Part shown: in pieces, positions 18,254 to 28,738 of the stretch | Numbering within the stretch: the stretch's first letter is position 1 | Layout of the letters: each line of letters begins with the position of its first letter | NCBI GenBank assembly: GCA_965222805.1 | Contig: CBDCUX010000005.1 | Span: 4,068,770-4,132,769, forward strand | Source: Candidatus Poribacteria bacterium | GTDB lineage: Bacteria; Poribacteria; WGA-4E; PCPOR2b | Direction of reading: 5' to 3' | Length of the DNA: 64,000 bases | The notes under the pieces: generated by a model | Told to the model about the DNA's origin: nothing | What the model saw: the letters and a program-made list of their open reading frames with translations, nothing else | Database searches by the model: none | Program-made: the position numbers and the translations under genes

Positions 18254-19681
18254 CTATTTCATTACTACCATTCGTCGGGTTTCAGAGAAGTCATCAGCCA
18301 AAAGTTGGTAGAAATAAACCCCGCTCGACACGGATTGCCCGGTGTCATCTTTACCATCCCAGTAGGCTGCGCTCTGTTTGCCTGTGTAAGCCCCTGCTGC
18401 TTGTTGTCCAACGTCAATAGCCCGAACCAACTCGCCCTTGACGTTGTAGATCCGCACAGTTACAGAAGCGGCTTCGGCGAGATAGTAAGGGATCCATGTC
18501 TCAGGATTGAAGGGGTTGGGGAAATTTTGCATCAGGCTGGTGCGTTTGATGTCTCCAAGGGTGGTGAAATGCTTACTTTGTGGTTCGACGGAGCGGAGTT
18601 CAAAGACCGGATTCCAGCGCGCATAGGTATCATCGCCATCGGGATTGTTGCTGAGATTCACTAGACCGCCGCCATCGGCGTTCATGGTATAGATCTCCCG
18701 ATTGCCATCCCGTCTGGATTCAAATAGGATTCTTCTCCCTTTAGGTGACCAGATAGGGTGATTATCGCTTTTAGCGTCATTGGTTAGATTGACTTGGTTG
18801 TTGCCATCGGGATCCATGCGATAAATCTCATAATTGCCATCGCGCTGGCTTTCAAAGAGAATGCCGCCGGCTGACCAATTCGCCCTTCTGTCGGTCTTGT
18901 CATTGTTTGTCAATCGCAGAAGGTTTTCACCAGTGATATCAACCCGATAGAGTTCCCAATTGCCATCTCGTTTCGACTCAAATATAACGGCGGTGCCGTC
19001 CGGGGACCACTGTGCTTTCTGGTCAGGATGTTCATTATTGGTTAGATTGACTTGATTCTTTCCGGCACCTTTCTTCTCTGCGTCCGCTATAAATATGTCA
19101 AACTGTTTTTTACCGTTCAGCTTGTCGTTGCGTTCGCCCTGGAAGACAATCTTGGTTCCATCTGGCGACCATTCGCCGTTCTGATCTTGACCTACCCCTT
19201 CGCCTTCTGCATTTGTGATATTGATCAAGGCGCCCGCTTTGCCTGCATCTACTGTAAGCAGACCAACATCCCAGTTATCAGCATTTGGCAGCCCTGTGGC
19301 ATAAATAAGAATACGTGGGTCGCCTGCTGGTGCCCATTTAGGTTCATTCAATTTTAGACCAAGTGCGTCTCCTGTGAAATTTGACACGTCTGGTTTTTGT
19401 GGATCGGTCATATCAATTAAAAACAGATCGAAAGTCTCGCCACCACGCACATTGGCACTAAATGCGATAAAATTGCCATCCGGCGACCATTCAGGTGTCA
19501 GAGTTATTACCTTATTTTTTGTTGCTTGCACAATATTTCCATCGTGGTAGACGATGCAAACTTCATCCTTGTCGCCTACTTCACAAAGGTAGGATGCCAT
19601 TGGCACCTGCGCGTGTATTGAATTAATGAACAAAAAGGACACCAAACTCACTACTAGGGCGATAATATCTTTGCGTGACAT
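18254..19681 (-). CDS. Secreted PD40/TolB-like beta-propeller protein with T9SS-type CTD, paralog 5
   Basis: MSRKDIIALV signal peptide, AQVPMASYLCEV, PD40 repeats, CTD NFPNPFNPETWIPYYLAEAASVTVRIYNVKGELVRA... Confidence 0.85.
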   Translation of the reverse strand: MSRKDIIALVVSLVSFLFINSIHAQVPMASYLCEVGDKDEVCIVYHDGNIVQATKNKVITLTPEWSPDGNFIAFSANVRGGETFDLFLIDMTDPQKPDVSNFTGDALGLKLNEPKWAPAGDPRILIYATGLPNADNWDVGLLTVDAGKAGALINITNAEGEGVGQDQNGEWSPDGTKIVFQGERNDKLNGKKQFDIFIADAEKKGAGKNQVNLTNNEHPDQKAQWSPDGTAVIFESKRDGNWELYRVDITGENLLRLTNNDKTDRRANWSAGGILFESQRDGNYEIYRMDPDGNNQVNLTNDAKSDNHPIWSPKGRRILFESRRDGNREIYTMNADGGGLVNLSNNPDGDDTYARWNPVFELRSVEPQSKHFTTLGDIKRTSLMQNFPNPFNPETWIPYYLAEAASVTVRIYNVKGELVRAIDVGQQAAGAYTGKQSAAYWDGKDDTGQSVSSGVYFYQLLADDFSETRRMVVMK

Positions 19682-19812
19682 TATTAGCTCCTTTCCAAAG
19701 ATGATAAACTCCTTTCAACAGAGATAAGCGATTTATGGAAAACGATGGTGTAAGTGTAATGGAGGGCAACAATTGCCTGAAATTCCATTACCCTTACACC
19801 ACACAGATAGTT

Positions 19813-20523
19813 CTAGCGAGTAACTGCTGGTTGTCCACCACTTTTTAGTATGCCCCAGGTAGTCGCGAGTTTCCCTTTACTCTCAACAGCACGTGGATCT
19901 TTTCGAGGAAATTCCGTTGGCCAGGGGTCGTCGTCCGGCTTCTCGTCTTGGTCTTGACTGAGTAGCAGCTGATCAAGATTATGCGGCTGCTGCCTCGGGC
20001 TTGAACGTACCCGATGAAGTCCGCGTTCTTTTGCCTCCCACTCGACCGTTGTTTCTGGCGGAACACCTTGGCTAATCCACTTGTAAATGCCGGCATCAAA
20101 CACGTCACGCCAATTGCCCAACCCACGGCCTAAAAAGTCCGGGTCAGCGGTATGCTCTGTGGTACCGATTTGGTTATCAAACTGTAACCAGAAGGCATCA
20201 GTGCCGGTGTCACCATCGCTTTTGCCTCTTGCATAGACGAAATAGGTGCCTGCCTCGCACCAGAACTCAACTTCCCACCATGCCGTTGGCTCTGCAACCG
20301 GTGGATTCACTGCACCACCGATAAATTGAAATGCGAGGCCATTGGAAGCGTCGGCATCTCGTGCAAATGCAGTATTTTCCGGCGACGTTTCACCAAAATC
20401 TCTGATTGTCTCTGCGCTGATGACGACCTCTTCTATCGCAGCAAAGCCATTAGAAGCCATGCCGACAACGCAAAGTGCCATAAGCGTGCAGATTAATAAA
20501 CTTGGTGCTCTCATTTTAAACAA
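19813..20523 (-). CDS. Secreted hypothetical protein (signal peptide; W/F-rich middle; acidic/Pro-rich C-terminal tail)
   Basis: 236-aa ORF with an N-terminal signal peptide MFKMRAPSLLICTLMALCVVGMASNGFA. I recognise no known motif. Confidence 0.5.
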   Translation of the reverse strand: MFKMRAPSLLICTLMALCVVGMASNGFAAIEEVVISAETIRDFGETSPENTAFARDADASNGLAFQFIGGAVNPPVAEPTAWWEVEFWCEAGTYFVYARGKSDGDTGTDAFWLQFDNQIGTTEHTADPDFLGRGLGNWRDVFDAGIYKWISQGVPPETTVEWEAKERGLHRVRSSPRQQPHNLDQLLLSQDQDEKPDDDPWPTEFPRKDPRAVESKGKLATTWGILKSGGQPAVTR

Positions 20524-20870
20524 CCTCCTGATAGGTTATTAAATGTTAGGTGTATACAGATACAAACGAGCGTTGTTCCCTACAAACTTAACCCCAAGTG
20601 CTTCTATCCGGGTTCAACCCCGATGAAATTGGGATTCAAAGCAACTAATTGATAGGGATTGCCATGCCCTTTTGTAATATCAATGTTACATCAATATAAT
20701 ATTTTAGCAAAAATCACGGAATTATGCAACCATTAAAATGAATGAAAGTTTCAGAATAGGTATAAAAATTACATAAACAATCCGCAAGAATCATTAATTT
20801 CACTCTTGAGACCGAGATTTCTTGATAATTATTCACCTGCCGCCCCGCTTGGGCTTTGAGGATCAGGCAA

Positions 20871-20965
20871 AGCCACCCGACCTACGGGTATTGGTTTTAT
20901 AGGTCTATATTCATCTCTTGACACCGAAATGTCGATTTTGGAAAATCGACCTACAGAAGTCCGGC
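20871..20965. repeat. Short dispersed intergenic repeats: the CACCCGACCTACGGGT element, then the GACACCGAA.GTCGATTTTGGAAAATCGACCTACAG element, which includes the perfect palindrome GTCGATTTTGGAAAATCGAC
   Basis: The first motif recurs in reverse complement at 41476-41489. The second recurs at 55252-55300 with about 85% identity. Confidence 0.55.
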
Positions 20966-21142
20966 GTTGTTTCAAGTGCCTCAGTTATTTATGGAATGGG
21001 TTGCTATCCCACTAAAGCGTCCGGATTAAGACGGAAATTCCTTGAGTTTGTTATCGGTTTTTGATACACTACAGCTAAATTGAAACGAGTTAGGATTTGC
21101 ATTAGTGGAAAGATACGGGGGACCCGACTTTGGGAGGTTTGA

Positions 21143-21709
21143 ATGTCAGAAGCGGTTAGTAACACGATGGTCGAAAACTACAAAGGTATCTTGCAACAGT
21201 ATTGTCAAAAACGGGCGCTAGGAAATCTAACCTATGAAACAGATCAACAGGGGACATCCAATGAACCGAGTTGGATTGTCACTGTTAAGTATGGGGAAAC
21301 AACCCACACCACGCCGGCACCGGTTCGTGGATCTAAGCGCTGGGCGGAACAGATAGCATCCAAACAGATTCTGGAGCAGATAGAATCCCACCAAGAAGCG
21401 TTTCTGGCAGGTGACTCCGTTGAAACAACCGAGACACACGAACAGTCAACGGAAATATCGTCGCTAGAACCCCTCTATGTACCGACCGAGCTTGTTACCA
21501 CTGCACTTGGCATCGCCAACCATCGATTGTCTGGACAGCAGCGTGGCACACGCTACCGTGACTCGGTGGAATCCAAGCAAAGCAATGAAGCGTTTGCACA
21601 GAACCTAGCAGATCTCACAATGCAGATTGTGCGTGAGGTCGCGAATGCTGCAAAGACTTCCGGCGTGACGTTTGGTGACACATCATCGCAACCTGAGGCT
21701 GAGGACTGA
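21143..21709 (+). CDS. Stand-alone double-stranded RNA-binding domain (dsRBD) protein with acidic low-complexity C-terminal tail
   Basis: The N-terminal 75 aa YKGILQQYCQKRALGNLTYETDQQGTSNEPSWIVTVKYGETTHTTPAPVRGSKRWAEQIASKQILEQI fit the dsRBM consensus (L..YCQK...P.Y.......GP.H...F...V.V.......G.G.SKK.A...AA..AL). The remaining roughly 110 aa are S/T/E-rich. Confidence 0.6.
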   Translation: MSEAVSNTMVENYKGILQQYCQKRALGNLTYETDQQGTSNEPSWIVTVKYGETTHTTPAPVRGSKRWAEQIASKQILEQIESHQEAFLAGDSVETTETHEQSTEISSLEPLYVPTELVTTALGIANHRLSGQQRGTRYRDSVESKQSNEAFAQNLADLTMQIVREVANAAKTSGVTFGDTSSQPEAED

Positions 21710-21827
21710 TAGGTGAGACTCAATCCATACCCAAATGTTACAAAGATCGACTTGCGACATAGCGCTCGAGGATTTGTATAAAAAATCACACTTCACTTGC
21801 TATGTTTCACGCTATGTCATTATAGGC

Positions 21828-21856
21828 TTGACAAAAAGCCGTATCGTCTTTAGAAT
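21828..21856 (+). promoter_or_regulatory. Sigma70-like promoter: TTGACA, 17-nt spacer, TAGAAT
   Basis: -35 at 21828-21833 and -10 at 21851-21856 with exact 17-nt spacing. This would give a roughly 210-nt 5' UTR, containing the hairpin CCCACCCTGTTGGGTGG at 21995-22010, before the thioredoxin-domain gene. Confidence 0.35.
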
Positions 21857-22070
21857 GGCTTGAGCTTTCGGTTAAGTTTAGGCTTACAAAGCGCAGATGT
21901 CGAGAAACAAGGACAGGTATGGAAATAGAGATATGAAAGGCTTTAGTATATATGTAGGATGGGACTCTTAATTTTTGTTAGGTTTGCTGACTGCCCACCC
22001 TGTTGGGTGGCGAGGCTTCTCCGAAGACCGGCGAGTAGATCTAATTGCAATCATCTATAGAAAGGGATAA

Positions 22071-24140
22071 ATGATGTCTGATAATCCAGAGCACACCAAC
22101 CGACTCATCGACGAAACGAGTCCCTATCTCCTGCAGCACGCGCACAATCCTGTTGATTGGTATGCGTGGGGTGAGGAAGCACTCGCGCAAGCCAGACAGC
22201 AGGACAAACCTATCCTATTGAGCATCGGTTACGCTGCCTGCCACTGGTGCCATGTCATGGAGCACGAATCCTTTGAGAACGAACAGATTGCCGCGATCAT
22301 GAATGAGCATTTCATTAATATCAAGGTAGATCGCGAAGAGCGTCCGGACTTGGACGAGATCTACATGAATGCGGTCCAGCTGCTTACGGGACAAGGCGGT
22401 TGGCCCATGACCATGTTTCTGACACCGGAGCTAAAGCCGTTCTACGGTGGGACCTACTTTCCCCCCGATAATCGCTACGGTCGTCCGGGGTTTCCCCGTG
22501 TGCTACTCGGTGTTGCGGAAGCGTACCGGGAGCGTCCTGACGCGGTAGCGCAACAAGCCGATCAGATTATTACTAACTTGAGCCAGTTGTCGGCAATGGA
22601 AGGGCATGGTCATCAGTTGACTGCCGACATGCTAGATCAGGCGTATCAGGACTATCGATCTCGATTTGATTATCATAACGGTGGGTTTGGAGAGGCTCCT
22701 AAGTTTCCACCGAGTATGGGACTTGCACTGTTGCTGCGTCAATGGCATCGCACGGGTAACTCCGATGCTCTTGAGACGGTTGAAGTCACGCTGGAGAAGA
22801 TGGCGTGCGGTGGGATGTATGACCAGCTCGGCGGGGGATTCCATCGTTATTCGGTTGATGAGAGATGGCTTGTTCCGCACTTCGAGAAGATGCTCTACGA
22901 CAATGCTTTGTTGAGCGTGACCTATCTAGAAGCATATCAGGCAACAGGGAAAGCCTTTTATCGCCGAATCGCTGTGGAAACGCTTGATTATGTTTTGTCT
23001 GAGATGTACGATGCGGAAAAGGGTGGATTTTACTCGACCCAGGACGCGGACAGCGAAGGGGTTGAGGGCAAGTTTTTCGTCTGGGATCTGGACGAGGTAG
23101 AAAAGATTCTTGGGGAGGAGAAAGCTAAGATTTTCTGCGAGTATTATGATATTACGGAGCATGGCAATTTTGAGCACAAAAACATCCTGCATGTTCAGAC
23201 ACCGACAGATATGTTTGCTAGAAAGCTGGGTATGGATTTGGATGAGCTAGAGGAGATACTCGCCGAGGGGAGACGGCAACTTTTTGAAGTCCGTGAGCAA
23301 CGGATTAAGCCGGGCTTGGATGACAAGATTCTCACAAGTTGGAACGGTTTAATGATTCGGAGCATGGCGATGGGGTATCAAATCCTCGGTGATGAGCGTT
23401 ATCGGGAAGCTGCGGAAAAATCTGCGAGATTCATTTTATCGGAACTCTCCCAAGCTAATGGACTGTTACTCCGTACACACCGTGCCGGCAAAAGCCATCT
23501 AAATGCCTACCTTGAGGATTATTCCTATTTCGTTACCGGTTTGATCGATCTCTATGAGGGAACCTTCGCTCTTGAGTGGTTGAAAGAGGCGGAACGTCTG
23601 AATCAGATTATGATCGAGCAGTTTTGGGATGAGGCGAACGGTAGCTTCTTCTTTACGAGCAAGAACCACGAAACCCTTATTGTCCGATCGAAACCGGGTT
23701 ATGATGGTGCCACCCCTTCCGGTGTGTCAATGGCTATCCATAATTTATTGCGGCTTGGCAAGCTGCTCAATCGACCGGACTTCCGGGAAAAAGTGGAAAC
23801 CACGCTCGATGTCTATTACCACCAAATCGAACATTCGCCCAGCGGATCGGCGCAGATGCTCTGCGAACTTGACTTTCTGCTGTCTACACCCAAAGAGATT
23901 GCGATTGCCGGTCAGTGGGAGAGTGAGGACACCCAGGCTGCGTTGGCTGCTATTCATAGCGGCTTTATCCCCAACAAAGTGCTCGCTTTGGCTAGCGATA
24001 GAGAGGCTGTCAGCGATTTGATTCCGCTCCTTGAAGGCAAGACGCAGGTTGATGGCAAGGCGACAATCTATGTGTGCGAGAACTACACTTGCAAAGCACC
24101 GACGACGGATGTGGAGGAATTAGCGGAGCTACTTCAGTAA
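22071..24140 (+). CDS. Thioredoxin-domain protein of the YyaL/SPATA20 family (DUF255 thioredoxin-like N-terminus plus six-hairpin glycosidase-like domain)
   Basis: 689 aa. N-terminus [62 protein letters not shown] is the hallmark of COG1331/DUF255. Confidence 0.85.
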   Translation: MMSDNPEHTNRLIDETSPYLLQHAHNPVDWYAWGEEALAQARQQDKPILLSIGYAACHWCHVMEHESFENEQIAAIMNEHFINIKVDREERPDLDEIYMNAVQLLTGQGGWPMTMFLTPELKPFYGGTYFPPDNRYGRPGFPRVLLGVAEAYRERPDAVAQQADQIITNLSQLSAMEGHGHQLTADMLDQAYQDYRSRFDYHNGGFGEAPKFPPSMGLALLLRQWHRTGNSDALETVEVTLEKMACGGMYDQLGGGFHRYSVDERWLVPHFEKMLYDNALLSVTYLEAYQATGKAFYRRIAVETLDYVLSEMYDAEKGGFYSTQDADSEGVEGKFFVWDLDEVEKILGEEKAKIFCEYYDITEHGNFEHKNILHVQTPTDMFARKLGMDLDELEEILAEGRRQLFEVREQRIKPGLDDKILTSWNGLMIRSMAMGYQILGDERYREAAEKSARFILSELSQANGLLLRTHRAGKSHLNAYLEDYSYFVTGLIDLYEGTFALEWLKEAERLNQIMIEQFWDEANGSFFFTSKNHETLIVRSKPGYDGATPSGVSMAIHNLLRLGKLLNRPDFREKVETTLDVYYHQIEHSPSGSAQMLCELDFLLSTPKEIAIAGQWESEDTQAALAAIHSGFIPNKVLALASDREAVSDLIPLLEGKTQVDGKATIYVCENYTCKAPTTDVEELAELLQ

Positions 24141-24272
24141 AAGGGGCACCATGCCATAGGAAAGTAAAGGGGAATGAGTGCCGTTGAGGAGTCCCAAAGA
24201 ATCAGTCGAAATTTTCGCTTTCAAGTCCGACTTGGGAGGAACTCGATCTACAGATGATGTAAGGAGTTGGCT

Positions 24273-24764
24273 GTGAACGAAGATGAACTTGAACAGAGAG
24301 AACAGGCCCTACTTTACTTGCTTGAGGGAGAGGCACATCAGATGCGCGGTGAGTTTGGACGCGCAATTGCGTTGTACATAAAGTCGATTGCTCTATATCC
24401 CACTGCGAAAGCGCACACATGGCTCGGTTGGACCTACAGCATGATCGGACGTTACCAAGATTCTATCGATGAGTGCCACAAAGCGATTCGTCTAGATGCC
24501 GATTTTGGCAATCCGTACAACGACATCGGTGCGTGTCTAATTCAGCTTGGTGAATATGATGCTGCTATCCCATGGTTAGAGAAAGCGATAGAAGCACCCG
24601 ACTATGAAGCACGGTGTCATCCCCACATGAATCTGGGCCGTGTCTGGGAACATCGGTTGGAATGGGATAAAGCAATCGAAAGCTACAAACGTGCCCTATA
24701 TGAAAGTCCTGATTATCAACCTGCATTTACTGCGCTTAGAACGTTGCGAGCAAATCTGAATTAG
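24273..24764 (+). CDS. TPR-repeat protein
   Basis: W/Y/A/G spacing typical of TPR repeats (AIALYIKSIALYPTAKAHTWLGWTY, YNDIGACLIQLGEYDAAIPWLEKAIE). GTG at 24273 lies 6 nt after AAGGAG; the ORF track starts at TTG 24267. Confidence 0.7.
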   Translation: MNEDELEQREQALLYLLEGEAHQMRGEFGRAIALYIKSIALYPTAKAHTWLGWTYSMIGRYQDSIDECHKAIRLDADFGNPYNDIGACLIQLGEYDAAIPWLEKAIEAPDYEARCHPHMNLGRVWEHRLEWDKAIESYKRALYESPDYQPAFTALRTLRANLN

Positions 24765-24923
24765 ATAACAATTATCTAAGGTATTAGTTGTAGACATATC
24801 CAAACGGTTTGTGAGGTGGTTCAGTGGATTTGTCAATCCACGGTGAGCGGTGCTTGCCTCCCGATGTAAGGTTTCCTATAAGTCGTAAATTGCGTTATAA
24901 TAGCACCAAATGAGGAGAAGGCT

Positions 24924-26588
24924 ATGGCAATTTTGGAAGGTGGTCAGATTATTACAAAGGTCCTGAAGCAAGAGAATGTGGAATATCTCTTTACGCTCTG
25001 TGGCGGGACGATCGAATCGATTTATGAAGGGTGTCTGAACGACGGTATCAAAATCATCGATACGCGCGTAGACCCATCTGCAACGATGATGGCGGATGCG
25101 TATGCGCGGGTCACCGGGGGCGTAGGAGTTAGTGGTGTTACTCGCGGGCCGGGGCACGCTGCGATGATCTACGGGCTAGCGACGGCGCACATGATGGGTA
25201 GCCCTCTGTACTCGATAAGTGGTAACAGCGATGCGGATCAGATCGACATGGGCGGGTCTCAGGAATACAACCAAACCGGGCTGGTCAAGCCGATTACCAA
25301 GTGGACACGTTTGGTCGCACAGACAGACAGGCTGCCGGAGTATGTCGGCACCGGATTCCGTAAGGCGTTGGGAGGGCGTCCGGGACCTGTTCACCTGAAC
25401 GTGCCTTACGATGTTTTGTACGACAAGATCGACGATGCGGAGGTCGCTTATCCTGAACCGGCGAACTCTCGTGCGAACGGTCGAGTCCACGGCGACCCGG
25501 ACCAGATAGACCGCGCATTGAAGTTGCTGGCGGGTGCGGACAGCCCGGTAATTATCGCCGCCGGTGCGACTCACTGGCAGAATGCCGCAGGTGCACTCTT
25601 AGATTTTGCGGAGGCAACAGGGATACCGTTTTTCTCAACAGGTGGCGATGTCAACGCAATCACCCGTCCGCATCCGCTCTTCTTTGGCGCGGCAACTTCT
25701 CGATTCGGCAATGCCTCAAAGGAGCTGTGCAATGCTGATGTAATTCTTGCCTTGGGGGTTAAATTCGACACAAACATCAGCTACGGCAAACCGCCGCTCT
25801 TTCACCCAGATGCCAAGTTTATCTGCGTTGATATTGATGCTGAGGAGATGGGCAAAAACCGCCCGTTCGACGTTGGCATCATCGGTGACCTGCAACCCGT
25901 CTTGACCGAGATGACGAACGGTGTCTCCCGACATGACTTTCACAAACCGACAGATTGGGTTGAACGCCTGAATCTCGTCCGTCAGGGATTCCGGCAACGC
26001 CTCGCTGAGGCGGAGAACTCCGACAGCGTTCCTGTTCATCCGCTACGCATTTGCAAGGAGGTTCGTGAACTGTTCGGGGATGATGCCACAATTTCCCTCG
26101 ACGGTGGAGATGCCTCACTCTTTTCGCACATGGCACTCGATCATTATCACCCACCCTACTTACTGTTCACAGGTCCCATCGGTGGGATTGGACAGGGGGT
26201 CCCCTTCGCGTTGGCAGGTAAGGTGGCGAGGCCAGATCAGCCGAGCGTTCTGATTACCGGTGACGGTTCTTTTGGTTACGGCATCATCGAGTACGATACC
26301 GCACTCAAACATGACTTGCCGATTATTTCAGTCGTCTCAAGCGATGAGGCGTGGGGCATTGTGAGGCACCCACAGATCCAACGCTACGGTTTGGATCGTG
26401 CCGTTGCGACAGATCTCCGGGCGGTTAGTTATGAGCGGGTTGCCGAAGCACTGGATTGTTACGGAGAACGTGTCACGAAACCGGATGAGATCCGTCCAGC
26501 CTTACAGCGCGCTGCCGACTCAGGGAGACCGGCGGTGATTAATGTTCCCACAATCTTCACGAGTGCGGCAGCGTACTGCCCGCTATAG
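24924..26588 (+). CDS. Thiamine pyrophosphate-dependent enzyme (acetolactate synthase large subunit-like / decarboxylase family)
   Basis: 554 aa. The N-terminal TPP pyrimidine-binding domain, the central domain and the C-terminal TPP-binding motif GDGSFGYG...N are in canonical order. Confidence 0.75.
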   Translation: MAILEGGQIITKVLKQENVEYLFTLCGGTIESIYEGCLNDGIKIIDTRVDPSATMMADAYARVTGGVGVSGVTRGPGHAAMIYGLATAHMMGSPLYSISGNSDADQIDMGGSQEYNQTGLVKPITKWTRLVAQTDRLPEYVGTGFRKALGGRPGPVHLNVPYDVLYDKIDDAEVAYPEPANSRANGRVHGDPDQIDRALKLLAGADSPVIIAAGATHWQNAAGALLDFAEATGIPFFSTGGDVNAITRPHPLFFGAATSRFGNASKELCNADVILALGVKFDTNISYGKPPLFHPDAKFICVDIDAEEMGKNRPFDVGIIGDLQPVLTEMTNGVSRHDFHKPTDWVERLNLVRQGFRQRLAEAENSDSVPVHPLRICKEVRELFGDDATISLDGGDASLFSHMALDHYHPPYLLFTGPIGGIGQGVPFALAGKVARPDQPSVLITGDGSFGYGIIEYDTALKHDLPIISVVSSDEAWGIVRHPQIQRYGLDRAVATDLRAVSYERVAEALDCYGERVTKPDEIRPALQRAADSGRPAVINVPTIFTSAAAYCPL

Positions 26589-26590
26589 GC

Positions 26591-27442
26591 TTAATGCGCT
26601 TGCCATGATGTCCGCTTCAGGGGATCGTGGACGTTAATTGTCAGCGAAGGACCAAAGTCCTCAATCTCGAGACGCAGGTTATCACCGTCCTGAATTGGTG
26701 CCAAGGCGTAGTGATGGGTTCCCGTGTTTACGACGTTGCCGGGTTCAAGCGTCAAGACTTTGGTGACTTCTTCCAACACCTCCGGTATAAAACGCGCCAT
26801 AGAGTCAGAGGAGAAGTCGTGCCGAAGTTCGTCGTTGACCCAGAGCTTAATTCCAAGATCGTTTGGATCGGAAACCTCGTCAGCGGTGACCAGTGCCGGT
26901 CCCATCGGAGCAAAGGTATGCCAGCTTTTACCCAAGAAGAAACCGCCGGGAAGACCACGGGCAGACACATCAATAAACTGGGTATAGCCGAAAACATGAT
27001 CCATCGCTTCATCTTGTGAGAGGTGACTTGCTGTCTTACCGATGACTACACTGAGTTCAGGCTCGAAGTGGAAAACGGTAGCGTCGGTTTCGGGAAGTTG
27101 AACCGTATCGTCCTTTCCAATGATGCCGGTGGGGGATTTGAGGAAGGCGTTAAATTCTCCCCGATCGGGGACTGCAGGTTCTATGTAATTGCCGGCAAGA
27201 CAGACTAATTGATTCGGTCTGGGTAGGGGAGCCCTGAGACGAACACTATCAAGTGATGTTCCCGCATTTCCTTCGGCGGCCTGCGCGAGTTGGGGTTGTA
27301 GGTTGTCCCAATCTTGAATAAGTGTTTCGATGAGTTCTTGGGGACTGTGGTAAGAAACTCCCACCAGTGCTGAGGCGACATCAACAATCTGATCTCCGCT
27401 AATTACGCCTAGTTGATAGTCATTGAAAAATGCAAGTTTCAT
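26591..27442 (-). CDS. Fumarylacetoacetate hydrolase (FAH) family protein (2-keto-4-pentenoate hydratase / oxaloacetate decarboxylase-like)
   Basis: 283 aa. FAH-fold motifs FHFEPELSVVIGKTA and metal-binding D/E positions. Confidence 0.7.
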   Translation of the reverse strand: MKLAFFNDYQLGVISGDQIVDVASALVGVSYHSPQELIETLIQDWDNLQPQLAQAAEGNAGTSLDSVRLRAPLPRPNQLVCLAGNYIEPAVPDRGEFNAFLKSPTGIIGKDDTVQLPETDATVFHFEPELSVVIGKTASHLSQDEAMDHVFGYTQFIDVSARGLPGGFFLGKSWHTFAPMGPALVTADEVSDPNDLGIKLWVNDELRHDFSSDSMARFIPEVLEEVTKVLTLEPGNVVNTGTHHYALAPIQDGDNLRLEIEDFGPSLTINVHDPLKRTSWQAH

Positions 27443-27622
27443 CTGATGTTTTTCCTTTCGATTTCTGTTGATATTACAGGTTTATTGTGGAACATGCCCG
27501 TTTCCCTAGACTCGGCACACATGTTCTCAACGATAATTTGCATTGTAGCACGAATCGTGCGGCTGTCAAGAATTTTTCGCTGTCTAATAGAGAATAGCAA
27601 GCAGCTTCCCCGCTGTTATGTG

Positions 27623-28738
27623 TTACATGCAGAACATCTCGATCATCTGTTGATACACACCGACAGATTCTGAAAGCTGTGCGATGTCAATCCACTCTCC
27701 GACTGTATGCGCTTGAACAATATCGCCAGGACCGAGAATAACGAGTTGTAAGTGATGCTTGAAAGCGTGTGCGTCCGTGCCAAACGGCACCGTTCCCGGT
27801 TTCGTCGTGCCCGTGGCTTTTAGTCCCGCTTGGACAACCTCAGCATCGGGCGAGACGTAGAATGGTGTCCCTTGCTGCGAAGAGACTTCAAGATCGTACT
27901 TCTCGGCGGTTTCCGTTATCATTGCGATTACATCGTCGCTACGATCATTCGGCATTGGTCTAAAGCTGAGGGTGCAAACCGTTTTCGCTGCGGCAACGTT
28001 TGGCCGACACCCTCCGTCATCAAGCACCATATTAAATCCATTGGTCGGAGGGTTGAATTCCTGATTCATAAAGGATTCATCGGTTTTGAGCAGTTTTGCC
28101 AGTTCTGCCATCTCAGCGAGGAAAGGTGCTATCAGGAAATTCGCCGAAATCCCTTTATCTGTGCTGGTATGGGCTGCCCGTCCTTTCGCTGTCACAATGA
28201 CCCGTCCACCTCCCTTGTGGGCATAGACCGGTGTCAATCGTGTTGGCTCGGCGATGACGCCCTGTTTAGGTCGTTCCGCCTTGAAAAATTCTGATTCCTC
28301 TGCAACCTGACGCGCGCCCGCACCGCTAATTTCTTCGTCCGCTGTGACTACAATAAAAAGCGGTTTCTTTAAATCGGAGGCATTCACCGTTGCACCCGCG
28401 GTAATTGTTGCAGCCAACGGTCCTTTCATGTCACAACTGCCGCGACCAAAGAGGCGACCATCTTGGATTACTGGGTCGAATGGGTCCCACTCCCCCTCCA
28501 AGCCGGGAACAGTATCGGAGTGAGAAAAGAGCCCAAAACCGTCGGGACCCTCGCCCTTCTTGCCCACCAAACCCACCTTTCGCTCGCCATTGTCATCGAC
28601 GTATTCTAGACGCTCGACCTCAAACTCACATCCCTTTAACGTATTTTCAAGGAGATCCGAGACCTCCCTATTACTCCGCTGGCTAACGGAATCAATCGCC
28701 ACAATATCCCTAGTCAGTTGAACGACATCAAGTCCCAT
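27623..28738 (-). CDS. M20 family metallopeptidase (ArgE/DapE/acetylornithine deacetylase-like)
   Basis: Motifs HSDTVP, GRGSCDMKG and the typical dimerisation insert. ATG at 28738; the ORF track's TTG at 28759 has no RBS. Confidence 0.75.
   Translation of the reverse strand: MGLDVVQLTRDIVAIDSVSQRSNREVSDLLENTLKGCEFEVERLEYVDDNGERKVGLVGKKGEGPDGFGLFSHSDTVPGLEGEWDPFDPVIQDGRLFGRGSCDMKGPLAATITAGATVNASDLKKPLFIVVTADEEISGAGARQVAEESEFFKAERPKQGVIAEPTRLTPVYAHKGGGRVIVTAKGRAAHTSTDKGISANFLIAPFLAEMAELAKLLKTDESFMNQEFNPPTNGFNMVLDDGGCRPNVAAAKTVCTLSFRPMPNDRSDDVIAMITETAEKYDLEVSSQQGTPFYVSPDAEVVQAGLKATGTTKPGTVPFGTDAHAFKHHLQLVILGPGDIVQAHTVGEWIDIAQLSESVGVYQQMIEMFCM

Noticed and set aside
12233-19681. Whether the regularly spaced, highly similar 1.4-kb units constitute a CRISPR-like or other non-coding repeat array
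   Set aside because: Each unit is a complete protein-coding gene with signal peptide, RBS and conserved domain structure. The repeat length of about 1.45 kb and the coding conservation pattern exclude a CRISPR array
20600-20640. GGGTTCAACCCCG motif resembling a tRNA T-loop
   Set aside because: No surrounding cloverleaf. It matches the GGTT/AACC hairpin repeat family seen elsewhere in the window instead
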